Position numbers and translations under genes: made by a program | Source: an uncultured Bacillota bacterium | GTDB lineage: Bacteria; Bacillota; DTU025; MWDF01 | Direction: 5' to 3' | Assembly: GCA_963823655.1 (NCBI GenBank) | Contig: CAWGMK010000006.1 | Span: forward strand, 64,001 to 128,000 | DNA length: 64,000 bases | Shown: one piece after another, positions 50,940-59,854 of the stretch | Layout of the letters: every line of letters starts with the position of its first letter | Position numbering within the stretch: position 1 is the stretch's first letter | Notes under the pieces: generated by a model | Databases searched by the model: none | What the model was told of the DNA's origin: nothing | The model's input: only the letters and a program-made list of their open reading frames with translations

Positions 50940-52105
50940 TGCCCGGCCTATACTTCGAGGCCTCATACTCCTCGCTTTTGAAACACGGGGAGCCCATATG
51001 CGGGGACAGGGCCGAGATAGTAAGGGCCCCGGGATCTTTGATGGCGGTGCTCTCGGACGGGCTTGGATCGGGCGTTAAGGCCTCTGTGCTGTCCACGCTT
51101 ACCACAAGGATAGCCTCCTACATGCTCAAAGAGGGCTCCAGCATAGACGAAGTCGTTGATACGGTGGGAAGGACGCTGCCAATATGCCAAGTGAGAGGCG
51201 TCGCCTATTCCACATTCTCGATAGTGCAGCTCTTCGAGGACGGCAGCGGCCACATAGTCGAGTACGACACCCCGGACGCATTCCTGTACAGGGCAGGGAC
51301 GGTTACCAAGATAGACACCGAGAAGAGGAAGGTAGCCGACAAGGAGGTCCTAGAGGGGAATTTCGAAGTCAGGGACGGCGACCACATCTTCCTGGTGACA
51401 GACGGAGTAATCCACGCGGGGCTGGGTGAAATACTGAACCTCGGCTGGCAGTGGGAGAACGTGGCGGAATACCTGAGGCGCACTGTCCCCAAGGCAAGAG
51501 GCGACAGCCTTCAGCTGGCAAGGTGGCTCACCGGCGTGTGCGACCAGTTCTATGGCGGAAAGCCGGGCGACGACACTACCGCAGTATGCATAGTGGCAAG
51601 GCAGCCCAGGTCCACAAGCGTGGCGATCGGGCCCCCCAGAAGCAAGGACCGCGACTCCGAGATGGTTAGGAAGTTCATGCAGAAGCCCGGAAGAAAGGTC
51701 ATCTGCGGAGGAGCCACCAGCAACCTTTTCGCTAGGGAGCTTGGTTGCGAAGTGGAAGTGGACCTTAACTCAGGCGGGGACGGCGTGCCGCCCATGGCCT
51801 CTATGAGGGGCATAGACCTGATAACTGAGGGGATAATAACCCTGACGAGGACCTTAGATATATTAGGCGCAGTCGACGCCGGCGAGCTGACGAAAGCCGG
51901 CATTACCGGAAGGGATGCGGCGTCGGTGCTGGCCAAGACATTGATGGAATCCGACAAGCTTGACTTCTTCATCGGGAGGGCGGAAAACGTCGCCCACACG
52001 GACGGTGCGTCGCTCGTGGACTACCGCTTCAAAGGGCAGGCGGTCGATGCGGTCGTCAGGATGATGAGGGCTTTGAACAAAGATGTAAGCGTTACATATT
52101 ATTGA
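50939..52105 (+). CDS. PP2C/SpoIIE-family Ser/Thr phosphatase (HfsC-like)
   Basis: CGD, LSDGLGSGVKA, TDG, PGDDTT. Confidence 0.88.
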   Translation: MPGLYFEASYSSLLKHGEPICGDRAEIVRAPGSLMAVLSDGLGSGVKASVLSTLTTRIASYMLKEGSSIDEVVDTVGRTLPICQVRGVAYSTFSIVQLFEDGSGHIVEYDTPDAFLYRAGTVTKIDTEKRKVADKEVLEGNFEVRDGDHIFLVTDGVIHAGLGEILNLGWQWENVAEYLRRTVPKARGDSLQLARWLTGVCDQFYGGKPGDDTTAVCIVARQPRSTSVAIGPPRSKDRDSEMVRKFMQKPGRKVICGGATSNLFARELGCEVEVDLNSGGDGVPPMASMRGIDLITEGIITLTRTLDILGAVDAGELTKAGITGRDAASVLAKTLMESDKLDFFIGRAENVAHTDGASLVDYRFKGQAVDAVVRMMRALNKDVSVTYY

Positions 52106-52130
52106 CCCTACCAAGGAGGTATGTCTCAAA

Positions 52131-52628
52131 ATGATCCAGGACCTGAGCTCAGCGAGGAAATTCGAGAAGATCAACGGAATCATCGAGAAGAACGGGAAGA
52201 GCCAGAGCGCCCTCATCCCGATACTTCAGGCAGTACAGTCAGAATACAGGTACCTGCCCGAGGAGATTCTCACCTACATCGCAACGGCGCTGGGCATCCC
52301 GACCGCCACAGTCTTCGGGGTGGCCACATTCTATGCCCAATTCTCATTGGAGCCCAAGGGAAAGCACGTAGTAAGAGTATGCGACGGCACAGCCTGCCAC
52401 GTTAGAGGCTCGATGCCCGTATATGAGGCGATAAGGAAGAAGGTCGGCCTGAAAGACGGCAAGTTCACGACCCAGGATCTGCGGTTCACGGTCGAGACTG
52501 TCGCCTGTTTGGGAGCTTGCGGACTTGCGCCTGTGCTCATGGTAAACGACAAGGTGTACGGCCAGATGACCGCGGAGGCGGCGGAGATAATCATCGACGC
52601 CCTTCTTGGCGAGGAGGGATTGGCATGA
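52131..52628 (+). CDS. hydC: Bifurcating hydrogenase NuoE-like subunit
   Basis: GVATFYAQF, CDGTACH, CLGACGLAP. Confidence 0.92.
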   Translation: MIQDLSSARKFEKINGIIEKNGKSQSALIPILQAVQSEYRYLPEEILTYIATALGIPTATVFGVATFYAQFSLEPKGKHVVRVCDGTACHVRGSMPVYEAIRKKVGLKDGKFTTQDLRFTVETVACLGACGLAPVLMVNDKVYGQMTAEAAEIIIDALLGEEGLA

Positions 52629-54511
52629 AAAGGATAGCTGACGCGATTGAGCTGAACATACTCTCCGAGGAGTACAAGGCGAGGCTCACCGGCTTCACCA
52701 GAAGGGCCTTCGTGTGTGTAGGCCCCGGCTGCATACTCTCCGGCGGAAACGAAGTGTATGAGGCCCTGCATGAGGGGCTGACGGCAAGGGGCATCAACGC
52801 GGAGTTCGACGGTGCGGAGCACAAGCACGGCATGAGCGCAAACACGGTAAAGACCGGATGCCACGGCTTCTGCGACATCGGTCCCTTAGTGCGCATTGAG
52901 CCTGAGGGCATAACCTATTGCCACGTAAAGCCTGAGGATGCGGGCGAGATAATCGACAGGACCATAATCGGCGGCGAGGTGGTCGAAAGGCTTCTCTACG
53001 TCGACCCTGTGACAGGCGCTCCCATAATCCACGAGTGCGAGATCCCCTTCTACAAGAGGCAGATCAAAGTGGCGCTCTCCGGCTGCGGCAAGGTCAATGC
53101 CGAGGATATAAGGGAATATATCGCTAACGGCGGCTATAAGGCGATGGCAAAGTGCCTGACAGAAATGGCGCCGAAGCAGGTTATAGATACAGTGCTGGAG
53201 TCGGGCTTAAGAGGAAGAGGAGGCGGAGGCTTCCCCACAGGCAGGAAATGGGGCTTTGCTGCTGCTTCGAATAGCGATATTAAGTACATGATCTGCAACG
53301 GCGACGAGGGGGACCCGGGCGCGTTCATGGACCGCGCCGTTATGGAGGGAGATCCTCACAGGGTCATCGAGGGCATGGTAATTGCCGGATACTCTTTCGG
53401 GGCGCAGCACGGCTACATCTACGTGAGGGCCGAGTATCCAATAGCCATCAAGCGGCTCAGAAAGGCGATAGACCAGGCTGAGGAAATTGGGCTTCTGGGC
53501 GATGACATATTGGGCTCCGGCTTCAGCTTCCATCTTAAGATAAAAGAGGGCGCCGGCGCCTTCGTTTGCGGCGAGGAGACCGCCCTCATGGCCTCAATAG
53601 AAGGCAGGAGGGGAATGCCAAGGCCGAGGCCTCCGTTCCCTGCGGTATCAGGGCTTTTCGGAAAGCCCACGACGATAAACAACGTCGAGACGCTGGCCAA
53701 TGTGCCCGACATCATCAACAAGGGGGCTGCCTGGTTCAAATCGATGGGCATACCCACAAGCACGGGCACGAAGACATTCGCCCTTACAGGCATGGTGAAC
53801 AATACCGGCCTTATCGAAATCCCTATGGGGACGACTTTAAGGGAGATCGTTTTCGAGATAGGCGGCGGCATCAGGGGCGGCAAGAAGTTCAAGGCCGTCC
53901 AGATAGGCGGGCCCTCGGGCGGCTGCCTGACAGAGGAACACCTGGATATGCCGCTTGATTACGACTCGCTCCAGAAGGTGGGAGCCATGGTGGGCTCTGG
54001 CGGAATGGTGGTCGTAGACGAGGGAACATGCATGGTCGAGATGGCCCGCTTCTTCATGAACTTCACCCAGAACGAATCTTGCGGAAAGTGCGTGCCATGC
54101 CGCGAGGGAACGAAGAGGATGCTGGAGCTGCTCACTAAGATAACCTCGGACAAAGCCGAGCTTAAGGACCTCGAGACGCTCGAGGACATCGCTATGGTGG
54201 TGAAGGACAGCTCCCTGTGCAATTTGGGCAAGACTGCGCCAAACCCCATACTTACGACATTCAAGTACTTCAAGCACGAGTACTACTCGCACATCACTGA
54301 CAGGGAGTGCCCGGCCGGCGTGTGCAAGTCCTTCAAATACTACGTAATACTGGATGAGCTCTGTAAAGGATGCGGGAAGTGCAAGAGGTACTGCCCGGTC
54401 GATGCCATTTCGGGCGAGCCGCGGCAGATGCACCACATAGACAGGGACACATGCATAAAGTGCGGGGCCTGCCTGGAATCTTGCGCTTTCAAGGCGATAA
54501 TCATAAGGTGA
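52625..54511 (+). CDS. hydB: Bifurcating hydrogenase NuoF-like FMN/NAD subunit
   Basis: GRGGGGFPTG, CNGDEGDPGAFMDR, CGEETAL, ESCGKCVPCREG, C-terminal 2x[4Fe-4S]. Confidence 0.93.
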   Translation: MKRIADAIELNILSEEYKARLTGFTRRAFVCVGPGCILSGGNEVYEALHEGLTARGINAEFDGAEHKHGMSANTVKTGCHGFCDIGPLVRIEPEGITYCHVKPEDAGEIIDRTIIGGEVVERLLYVDPVTGAPIIHECEIPFYKRQIKVALSGCGKVNAEDIREYIANGGYKAMAKCLTEMAPKQVIDTVLESGLRGRGGGGFPTGRKWGFAAASNSDIKYMICNGDEGDPGAFMDRAVMEGDPHRVIEGMVIAGYSFGAQHGYIYVRAEYPIAIKRLRKAIDQAEEIGLLGDDILGSGFSFHLKIKEGAGAFVCGEETALMASIEGRRGMPRPRPPFPAVSGLFGKPTTINNVETLANVPDIINKGAAWFKSMGIPTSTGTKTFALTGMVNNTGLIEIPMGTTLREIVFEIGGGIRGGKKFKAVQIGGPSGGCLTEEHLDMPLDYDSLQKVGAMVGSGGMVVVDEGTCMVEMARFFMNFTQNESCGKCVPCREGTKRMLELLTKITSDKAELKDLETLEDIAMVVKDSSLCNLGKTAPNPILTTFKYFKHEYYSHITDRECPAGVCKSFKYYVILDELCKGCGKCKRYCPVDAISGEPRQMHHIDRDTCIKCGACLESCAFKAIIIR

Positions 54512-54524
54512 GGAGGCAATTTCG

Positions 54525-56546
54525 ATGCCAGTTAACGGATATGTATCGGTAGACAACATCAAAGTACCCCTGGAAGGGGAGGACAGCCTCCTCAAGATAG
54601 TGCGCAAGGCGGGCATAGACCTTCCCACCTTCTGCTACCACTCCGAGCTTTCCACATACGGCGCCTGCCGCATGTGCGTAGTCGAAGTCGACAGGATGGG
54701 CGTCGTCGCCTCCTGCTCCGTGCCGCCTGCAGATGGCATGGTGGTAAGGACGAACACGGAGAGGCTCAGGAAGATAAGAAAGACCATACTTGAGCTGCTT
54801 CTGGCAAACCACGACCGCGAGTGCACGACTTGCGGAAAGTCCAGCCAGTGCAAGCTGCAGGAGCTGTCGGAGCGCTTCGCGGTGTCAACGCTCAGGTTCG
54901 GCCACGGCGACAAGAAGTACCCGATAGACTCCAGCACACCCGGCATAGTGCGCGATCCCAACAAGTGCATACTCTGCGGCGACTGCGTGAGGATGTGCGC
55001 GGAAGTGCAGGGCGTCGGCATCCTGGACTTCGCTTTCAGAGGGTCCAAGAGCATGGTGGGCCCCGCGTTCGGCAAAGAACTTGTCGACGTGGACTGCGTG
55101 CAGTGCGGGCAGTGCACTACAGTATGCCCGACCGGTGCTCTCATGGTGAAAAGCTGCACAGCAGAGGTATGGAAGGCCATAGACGACCCGAAGAAAAAGG
55201 TGATAGCCCAGATAGCCCCCGCCGTAAGGGTGGCGCTGGGAGAGGAGTTCGGCATGCAGCCGGGCTCCATCGTCACAGGCAAGATAGTGGCAGCCCTCAG
55301 AAGGCTCGGCTTCGATATGGTGTTCGACACCAGCTTCACAGCCGACCTTACTATCATAGAGGAGGGCAATGAGTTCATATCCAGGCTTAAAAGCGGCGGA
55401 GTGCTGCCGCAGTTCACATCCTGCTGCCCAGGTTGGGTGAAGTATGTAGAGCAGTACCACCCCGAGCTCATACCCAACGTCTCCTCGTGCAAATCGCCGC
55501 AGCAGATGTTCGGGTCCGTAATAAAGAAGTACCTGGCCAAGGACATGGGATGGGATCCTAAGTCGGTATCGGTTGTGTCGATAATGCCCTGCATAGCGAA
55601 GAAGTTCGAGGCCGAAAGGCCGGAATTCGCCCACGACGGGGCCAAAGACGTGGACTTCGTGCTGACGACCAGGGAACTGGCAAGGATGATCAAAGAGGCC
55701 GGCTTCAGCTGGGACGACCTTGAGGTAGAATCCTTCGATGTGCCGCTAGGGCTGGGATCAGGCGCCGGCATGATATTCGGCAACACCGGTGGGGTGACCG
55801 AGGCGGTGCTTCGCTCGGCACAGCAGCTTTTAGGCCTGGGCACCGACTCGAAGATAATATACAACGAGGTAAGAGGCCTTGAGGGGATAAAAGAGGCTTC
55901 GGTCAACCTCGACGGCATAGAGCTGAACTTAGCGGTAGCCAACTCTCTATCTGCTGCAGAGAGCCTAATCGACAGAATGAAGGCCGGCGGCAAAGCATAT
56001 CACCTGATAGAGGTAATGGCGTGTCCCGGCGGATGCATAGGCGGCGGCGGCCAACCGATAGCGTCCGAGCCCGACTTCAGGCAGAAGAGGGCCAAGGGCC
56101 TCTACGATGTGGACAAGGGCCAGATGCTAAGAAGGTCGCACGAGAACCCGTATATTACGGACCTGTATGACAGGCATCTGGGAGGAGCCAACTCTCATGA
56201 GGCACATGGTTCGCTTCACACATCCTATGGACACAGGAAGAGAATAACGGGCGGGGACATCAATGTAATGGTAAGCGAGGGCAAGCGCGAAGGCACAGTT
56301 GAAGTGGCCGTATGCCTTGGAACGTCATGTTATCTCAAGGGCAGCTACAATATAATGCACGCTCTGATGAACAGGATTTCCGAGATGGGGCTGGCCGACA
56401 GGATCAATCTGCACGGGACTTTCTGTTTCGAAAACTGCCACGAATCCCCTTGTGTGAAAGTGGACGGCAAGGTAAAGGGGTATATGGGAGAGTCGGACGT
56501 AGTAGACAGCATCATAGAGGAGAGGATACTTCCTCTTCTCGGCTGA
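54525..56546 (+). CDS. hydA: Group A3 [FeFe]-hydrogenase catalytic subunit with C-terminal [2Fe-2S] domain
   Basis: FTSCCPGW, MPCIAKKFE, EVMACPGGCIGGGGQP; terminal CLGTSC...CFENC. Confidence 0.95.
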   Translation: MPVNGYVSVDNIKVPLEGEDSLLKIVRKAGIDLPTFCYHSELSTYGACRMCVVEVDRMGVVASCSVPPADGMVVRTNTERLRKIRKTILELLLANHDRECTTCGKSSQCKLQELSERFAVSTLRFGHGDKKYPIDSSTPGIVRDPNKCILCGDCVRMCAEVQGVGILDFAFRGSKSMVGPAFGKELVDVDCVQCGQCTTVCPTGALMVKSCTAEVWKAIDDPKKKVIAQIAPAVRVALGEEFGMQPGSIVTGKIVAALRRLGFDMVFDTSFTADLTIIEEGNEFISRLKSGGVLPQFTSCCPGWVKYVEQYHPELIPNVSSCKSPQQMFGSVIKKYLAKDMGWDPKSVSVVSIMPCIAKKFEAERPEFAHDGAKDVDFVLTTRELARMIKEAGFSWDDLEVESFDVPLGLGSGAGMIFGNTGGVTEAVLRSAQQLLGLGTDSKIIYNEVRGLEGIKEASVNLDGIELNLAVANSLSAAESLIDRMKAGGKAYHLIEVMACPGGCIGGGGQPIASEPDFRQKRAKGLYDVDKGQMLRRSHENPYITDLYDRHLGGANSHEAHGSLHTSYGHRKRITGGDINVMVSEGKREGTVEVAVCLGTSCYLKGSYNIMHALMNRISEMGLADRINLHGTFCFENCHESPCVKVDGKVKGYMGESDVVDSIIEERILPLLG

Positions 56547-56565
56547 TAGGAATAGTCTGATATAA

Positions 56566-56608
56566 AGGCGCCCGGCAGCTGATCAATCAGCAATGCCGGG
56601 CGTTTCTC
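56566..56608 (+). terminator. Terminator of the hyd operon
   Basis: GGCGCCCGGCA...TGCCGGGCGTT-TCT. Confidence 0.65.
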
Positions 56609-56692
56609 CATATACAAGGCCCCGATTATTATTTATGCTTGGAGGAGACACAAACCCTTTCGGTGAAGTTCTTTACGGGGGATCCACCCAGG

Positions 56693-58302
56693 ATGAGCAG
56701 AACGAGCATCTTTATTACAAGAAGGCTGATTTCGGGCGGCCTTGTGGCAGCCCTTCTTTTCCTGATTCTCCTTGGGCAGGCGCTGGGCGCAACCATCTAC
56801 TGGGCAGTTGCAGCGTCCCATACTGATTTCTCGAAAGCCTCGGACGAGGCGGCTAGAATCGGGGCCGAGACTGGCCTCGCCTGTTCGACAATGGAGGCGG
56901 ATGTAAAGGGAATCAGATATTACCGCGCCGTTGCAGGGCCTTTCGACTCGAAGGCGATTGCTGAGGCTGCGAGGGACGCCTTGAGGTCCAAAGGCTGGGC
57001 GGATGCATGGTTGCTGACCGATACGATTGCGGCACAGAATGCGCCTGAGCCCTCGACCTATGCGGACCCGGAGGCCGTCTTGCCTTTTGAAAGGACAATC
57101 AAAGTGGGCCTTTCGTGGCTTTCGGGGGCGAGCTTCCTTACGGGCACCGACGGTAAGCTTATAGTCTCTGGAACGCTACTTGAGACTGGCGAGGCGGCGA
57201 TAGTCGAAATCGCCAATGATCGCGAAAATCATGTCTGACGGCGATGGCATCAGAATCAAAAAAGACGATGCGGACGTCGGGGTGCTATTCGCGTCCCCGG
57301 TGATAATGAGCAGCAGCTCCGGGGCCCTATGGCTCTCGGACGCATACAAGGTATACAAGGGCGGGATAGAAGTGGCAAGAAGGGCGGGCGCCCCAACTCT
57401 TGCAGTGTCCAACGTAATAGATGTAGAGGATTACCTGCTATCGGTGCTCCCATCCGAAATAGGGGGCAGCTCGCCGATAGAGGCATATAAGGCGCAGGCG
57501 GTCGTCGCCAGGACGGAAGCTCTCTCTTCGGCGGGTCGTCACGCGGACACTGGCTGGGACCTTTGCGACAGCACACATTGCCAGGTATTCAAGGGATTGT
57601 ACGGACAATCGGCAAATGTTGAGATTGCAAGGGCGGTCAAAGCTACCGAGGGGGAAGTGCTCACTTATGAGGGCGAGATGGTCAAGACGGCGAGCTTCCA
57701 TTCGGCGTGCGGCGGCTGGACCGAAACCTGCGAGCAGATATGGGGCTCGAAGCTTGCCCACCTCACCAATGTGGCTGACAACCTGGTTCAACCCCAGATG
57801 CCGGATCTAAGGGACGAGACGGTGCTAAGGAAATATATCGAGACTGAGAACAAGAATGACCTCTGCTACAAGGCCTATGGCTACAGATGGAGCGCCGAAA
57901 TCGAGATGAAGGACGTCCTGAACAGGCTGTCCGTTGCCATTGCCGAGGGCTTGGCCCCTGTGGGCGCTGCCGGGCAGGGCAGCAACAAACCGGCAGTTCT
58001 CGTGAGGACGGACAGGGGAGCCGCGTTGCAGATAAGCGTGCCATCAAACGGCCAGGAATATATAATAAAGGGTGAGCTGAACGTAAGGAAGCTGCTTGGT
58101 GGGGCGACCGTTATAAAAAGCGGCGTCTTCGTAATACTTCCCGGCAGCAAGGAAGGCTCAATGAAGATAATCGGTGCAGGTTATGGCCATGGCGTCGGAA
58201 TGTGCCAGGAAGGCGCGAAGGCAATGGCGAAGCTGGGCAAGGACTATAAGGCAGATTCTCGCCCATTATTACAGGGGAAGCGCAATCGGCGGGCTCTACT
58301 AG
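56693..58302 (+). CDS. SPOR-domain plus SpoIID/LytB peptidoglycan lytic protein; frameshifts near 57220 and 58253
   Basis: SPOR-like YRAVAGPFDSKAIAE..RDALR; SpoIID motifs EDYLLSVLPSE, KAQAVVART, LCDSTHCQVF, GYGHGVGMCQ; shifted end ILAHYYRG. Confidence 0.85.
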
Positions 58303-58322
58303 GCCCGGCGTTCGGGGGATAA

Positions 58323-58949
58323 ATGGGAGCCGACATTAGAAGGGCTATCAAAATAGCGGTGGCATTAGGCCTGGTCCTGCTGGCTGCCTCGGCGGCCTGG
58401 CAGCTGTACCTTCTTTCCAGGGAGGCAGGCCGGCTGGATGACATGCGCCTGAGCCTGGACTCAGCAATAGACGGTGTGGAGGAGCTGGAGACCAAGCTTA
58501 AGCTGCTCGATGAGGAGATAGCAAAGCTCGGCTTCGTGAAAGTGGACCTCTACTTCGCAAGGATGACTGAGACTGATATGTACATAGAGCCTGTCAGAAG
58601 GGTAGTTGAGAAGGACAGGATAGTATTTAATACTGCAGCTCTTCTTCTGGAGGGCCCCGGGGAGAACGATGATGGGCTCTATCCGATAGCGCCAAAAAGC
58701 GTGAAGGTCTTGGACACTAACGAGGCCGGCGGAATGGCTACCGTGAATTTTTCCAAGGAGATCTTGCAGGCAGGCTACGGCAGCGAAGGTGAGCTTGCAA
58801 TGGTGTCGGCCATTGTTGATACATTGTGCTCACTACCCGGCATAGACAGAGTTCAGATACTCGTTGAAGGGAAGAAAGTCGAAAGCCTCGGAGGGCATGT
58901 CTTCGTGGAGGAACCCCTGTCATTTATGGAGGATCTGCTCAAGCAATGA
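58323..58949 (+). CDS. GerMN domain membrane-anchored protein
   Basis: TM helix, coiled coil, LYF, LLEGP, VNFSKE, AIVDTL..LPGIDRVQILVEGK. Confidence 0.88.
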   Translation: MGADIRRAIKIAVALGLVLLAASAAWQLYLLSREAGRLDDMRLSLDSAIDGVEELETKLKLLDEEIAKLGFVKVDLYFARMTETDMYIEPVRRVVEKDRIVFNTAALLLEGPGENDDGLYPIAPKSVKVLDTNEAGGMATVNFSKEILQAGYGSEGELAMVSAIVDTLCSLPGIDRVQILVEGKKVESLGGHVFVEEPLSFMEDLLKQ

Positions 58950-58975
58950 ATTGAACGGCTGGACGGAGGGGACTT

Positions 58976-59815
58976 ATGGACAAGGTCGCTATCGTGACTG
59001 ACAGCGCAGCAGGCATACCTGAAGAGATTTCCAGCCAGCTCGGAATCGAAATCATCCCAATGCAGATAATCAAGGACGGCGAAGCATACACCATGGACCG
59101 CGACATCTCCAACCAGGAGGTGTACGGCGCGATGCGAGACGGCAAGGTCCTCAAGACCTCCCAGCCGCTCATTCCACATATTCGCTCGGCATATGAGAAG
59201 GCGCTTGAAAGGGCCGAAAGGGTCCTCTCCATCCATATAGGTTCCAAACTCACAAGCACAGTGTCGACTTGCCAAATGGTGGCCGACACGTTCGGCCCCG
59301 ACAAGGTTACGGTCCTTGATAGCTCTCAACTTACGATAATGTACGGTATGGCCTGCATAAACGCGGCAAGTGACGTTAGGGCGGGCGGGGATTTCGCATC
59401 CGCATTGAGCACGGCCAAAAACACCCTTTCAAGGATGAGAGGCTGGCTTGCGGTACCTTCCCTTAAATATCTGGCGCAGTCGGGCAGGGTATCAAAGGTG
59501 CTCTCCACGCTCGGCACCCTTCTGTCAATAAAGGTGATACTCAAGATTGGCGAAGGCGAGGTTGTGCTAGTAGATAAGTACCGCACGTCCTCCATGGCCT
59601 TTGAGAAGCTAAGGGACAATGTCCTTGCCGTCTGCCAGGGGGGCGCCGAAACCCTCTGCCTGGTTCATGCCGACAACCTTGAAGAGGCGCAAAAGCTCGG
59701 CGAGATGGTGCTTTCGTCTTTGGAATGCAAAGAAGTGATCTATACGGACATCGGCCCCACCGTCGGAGTACACACCGGCCCCGGGCCAGTCGGCGTAGCC
59801 GTTCTGCCAAGATAG
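58976..59815 (+). CDS. degV: DegV/FakB fatty-acid-binding protein
   Basis: AIVTDS, KTSQP, YLAQSGRV, VHTGPG. Confidence 0.92.
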   Translation: MDKVAIVTDSAAGIPEEISSQLGIEIIPMQIIKDGEAYTMDRDISNQEVYGAMRDGKVLKTSQPLIPHIRSAYEKALERAERVLSIHIGSKLTSTVSTCQMVADTFGPDKVTVLDSSQLTIMYGMACINAASDVRAGGDFASALSTAKNTLSRMRGWLAVPSLKYLAQSGRVSKVLSTLGTLLSIKVILKIGEGEVVLVDKYRTSSMAFEKLRDNVLAVCQGGAETLCLVHADNLEEAQKLGEMVLSSLECKEVIYTDIGPTVGVHTGPGPVGVAVLPR

Positions 59816-59854
59816 AAACCGCCCTACAAATATGCTATTCACGGGGGTGCATCA

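Noticed and set aside
52131-54511. nuoE/nuoF of respiratory complex I
   Set aside because: Directly followed by an H-cluster HydA with no membrane Nuo subunits, so they are HydC and HydB.
54635-55993. 452-aa minus-strand ORF
   Set aside because: Antisense shadow of hydA.
50939-58949. SpoIIE, SpoIID and GerMN as evidence of sporulation
   Set aside because: These domains are widespread in non-sporulators, and the phosphatase is the hydrogenase-associated type.
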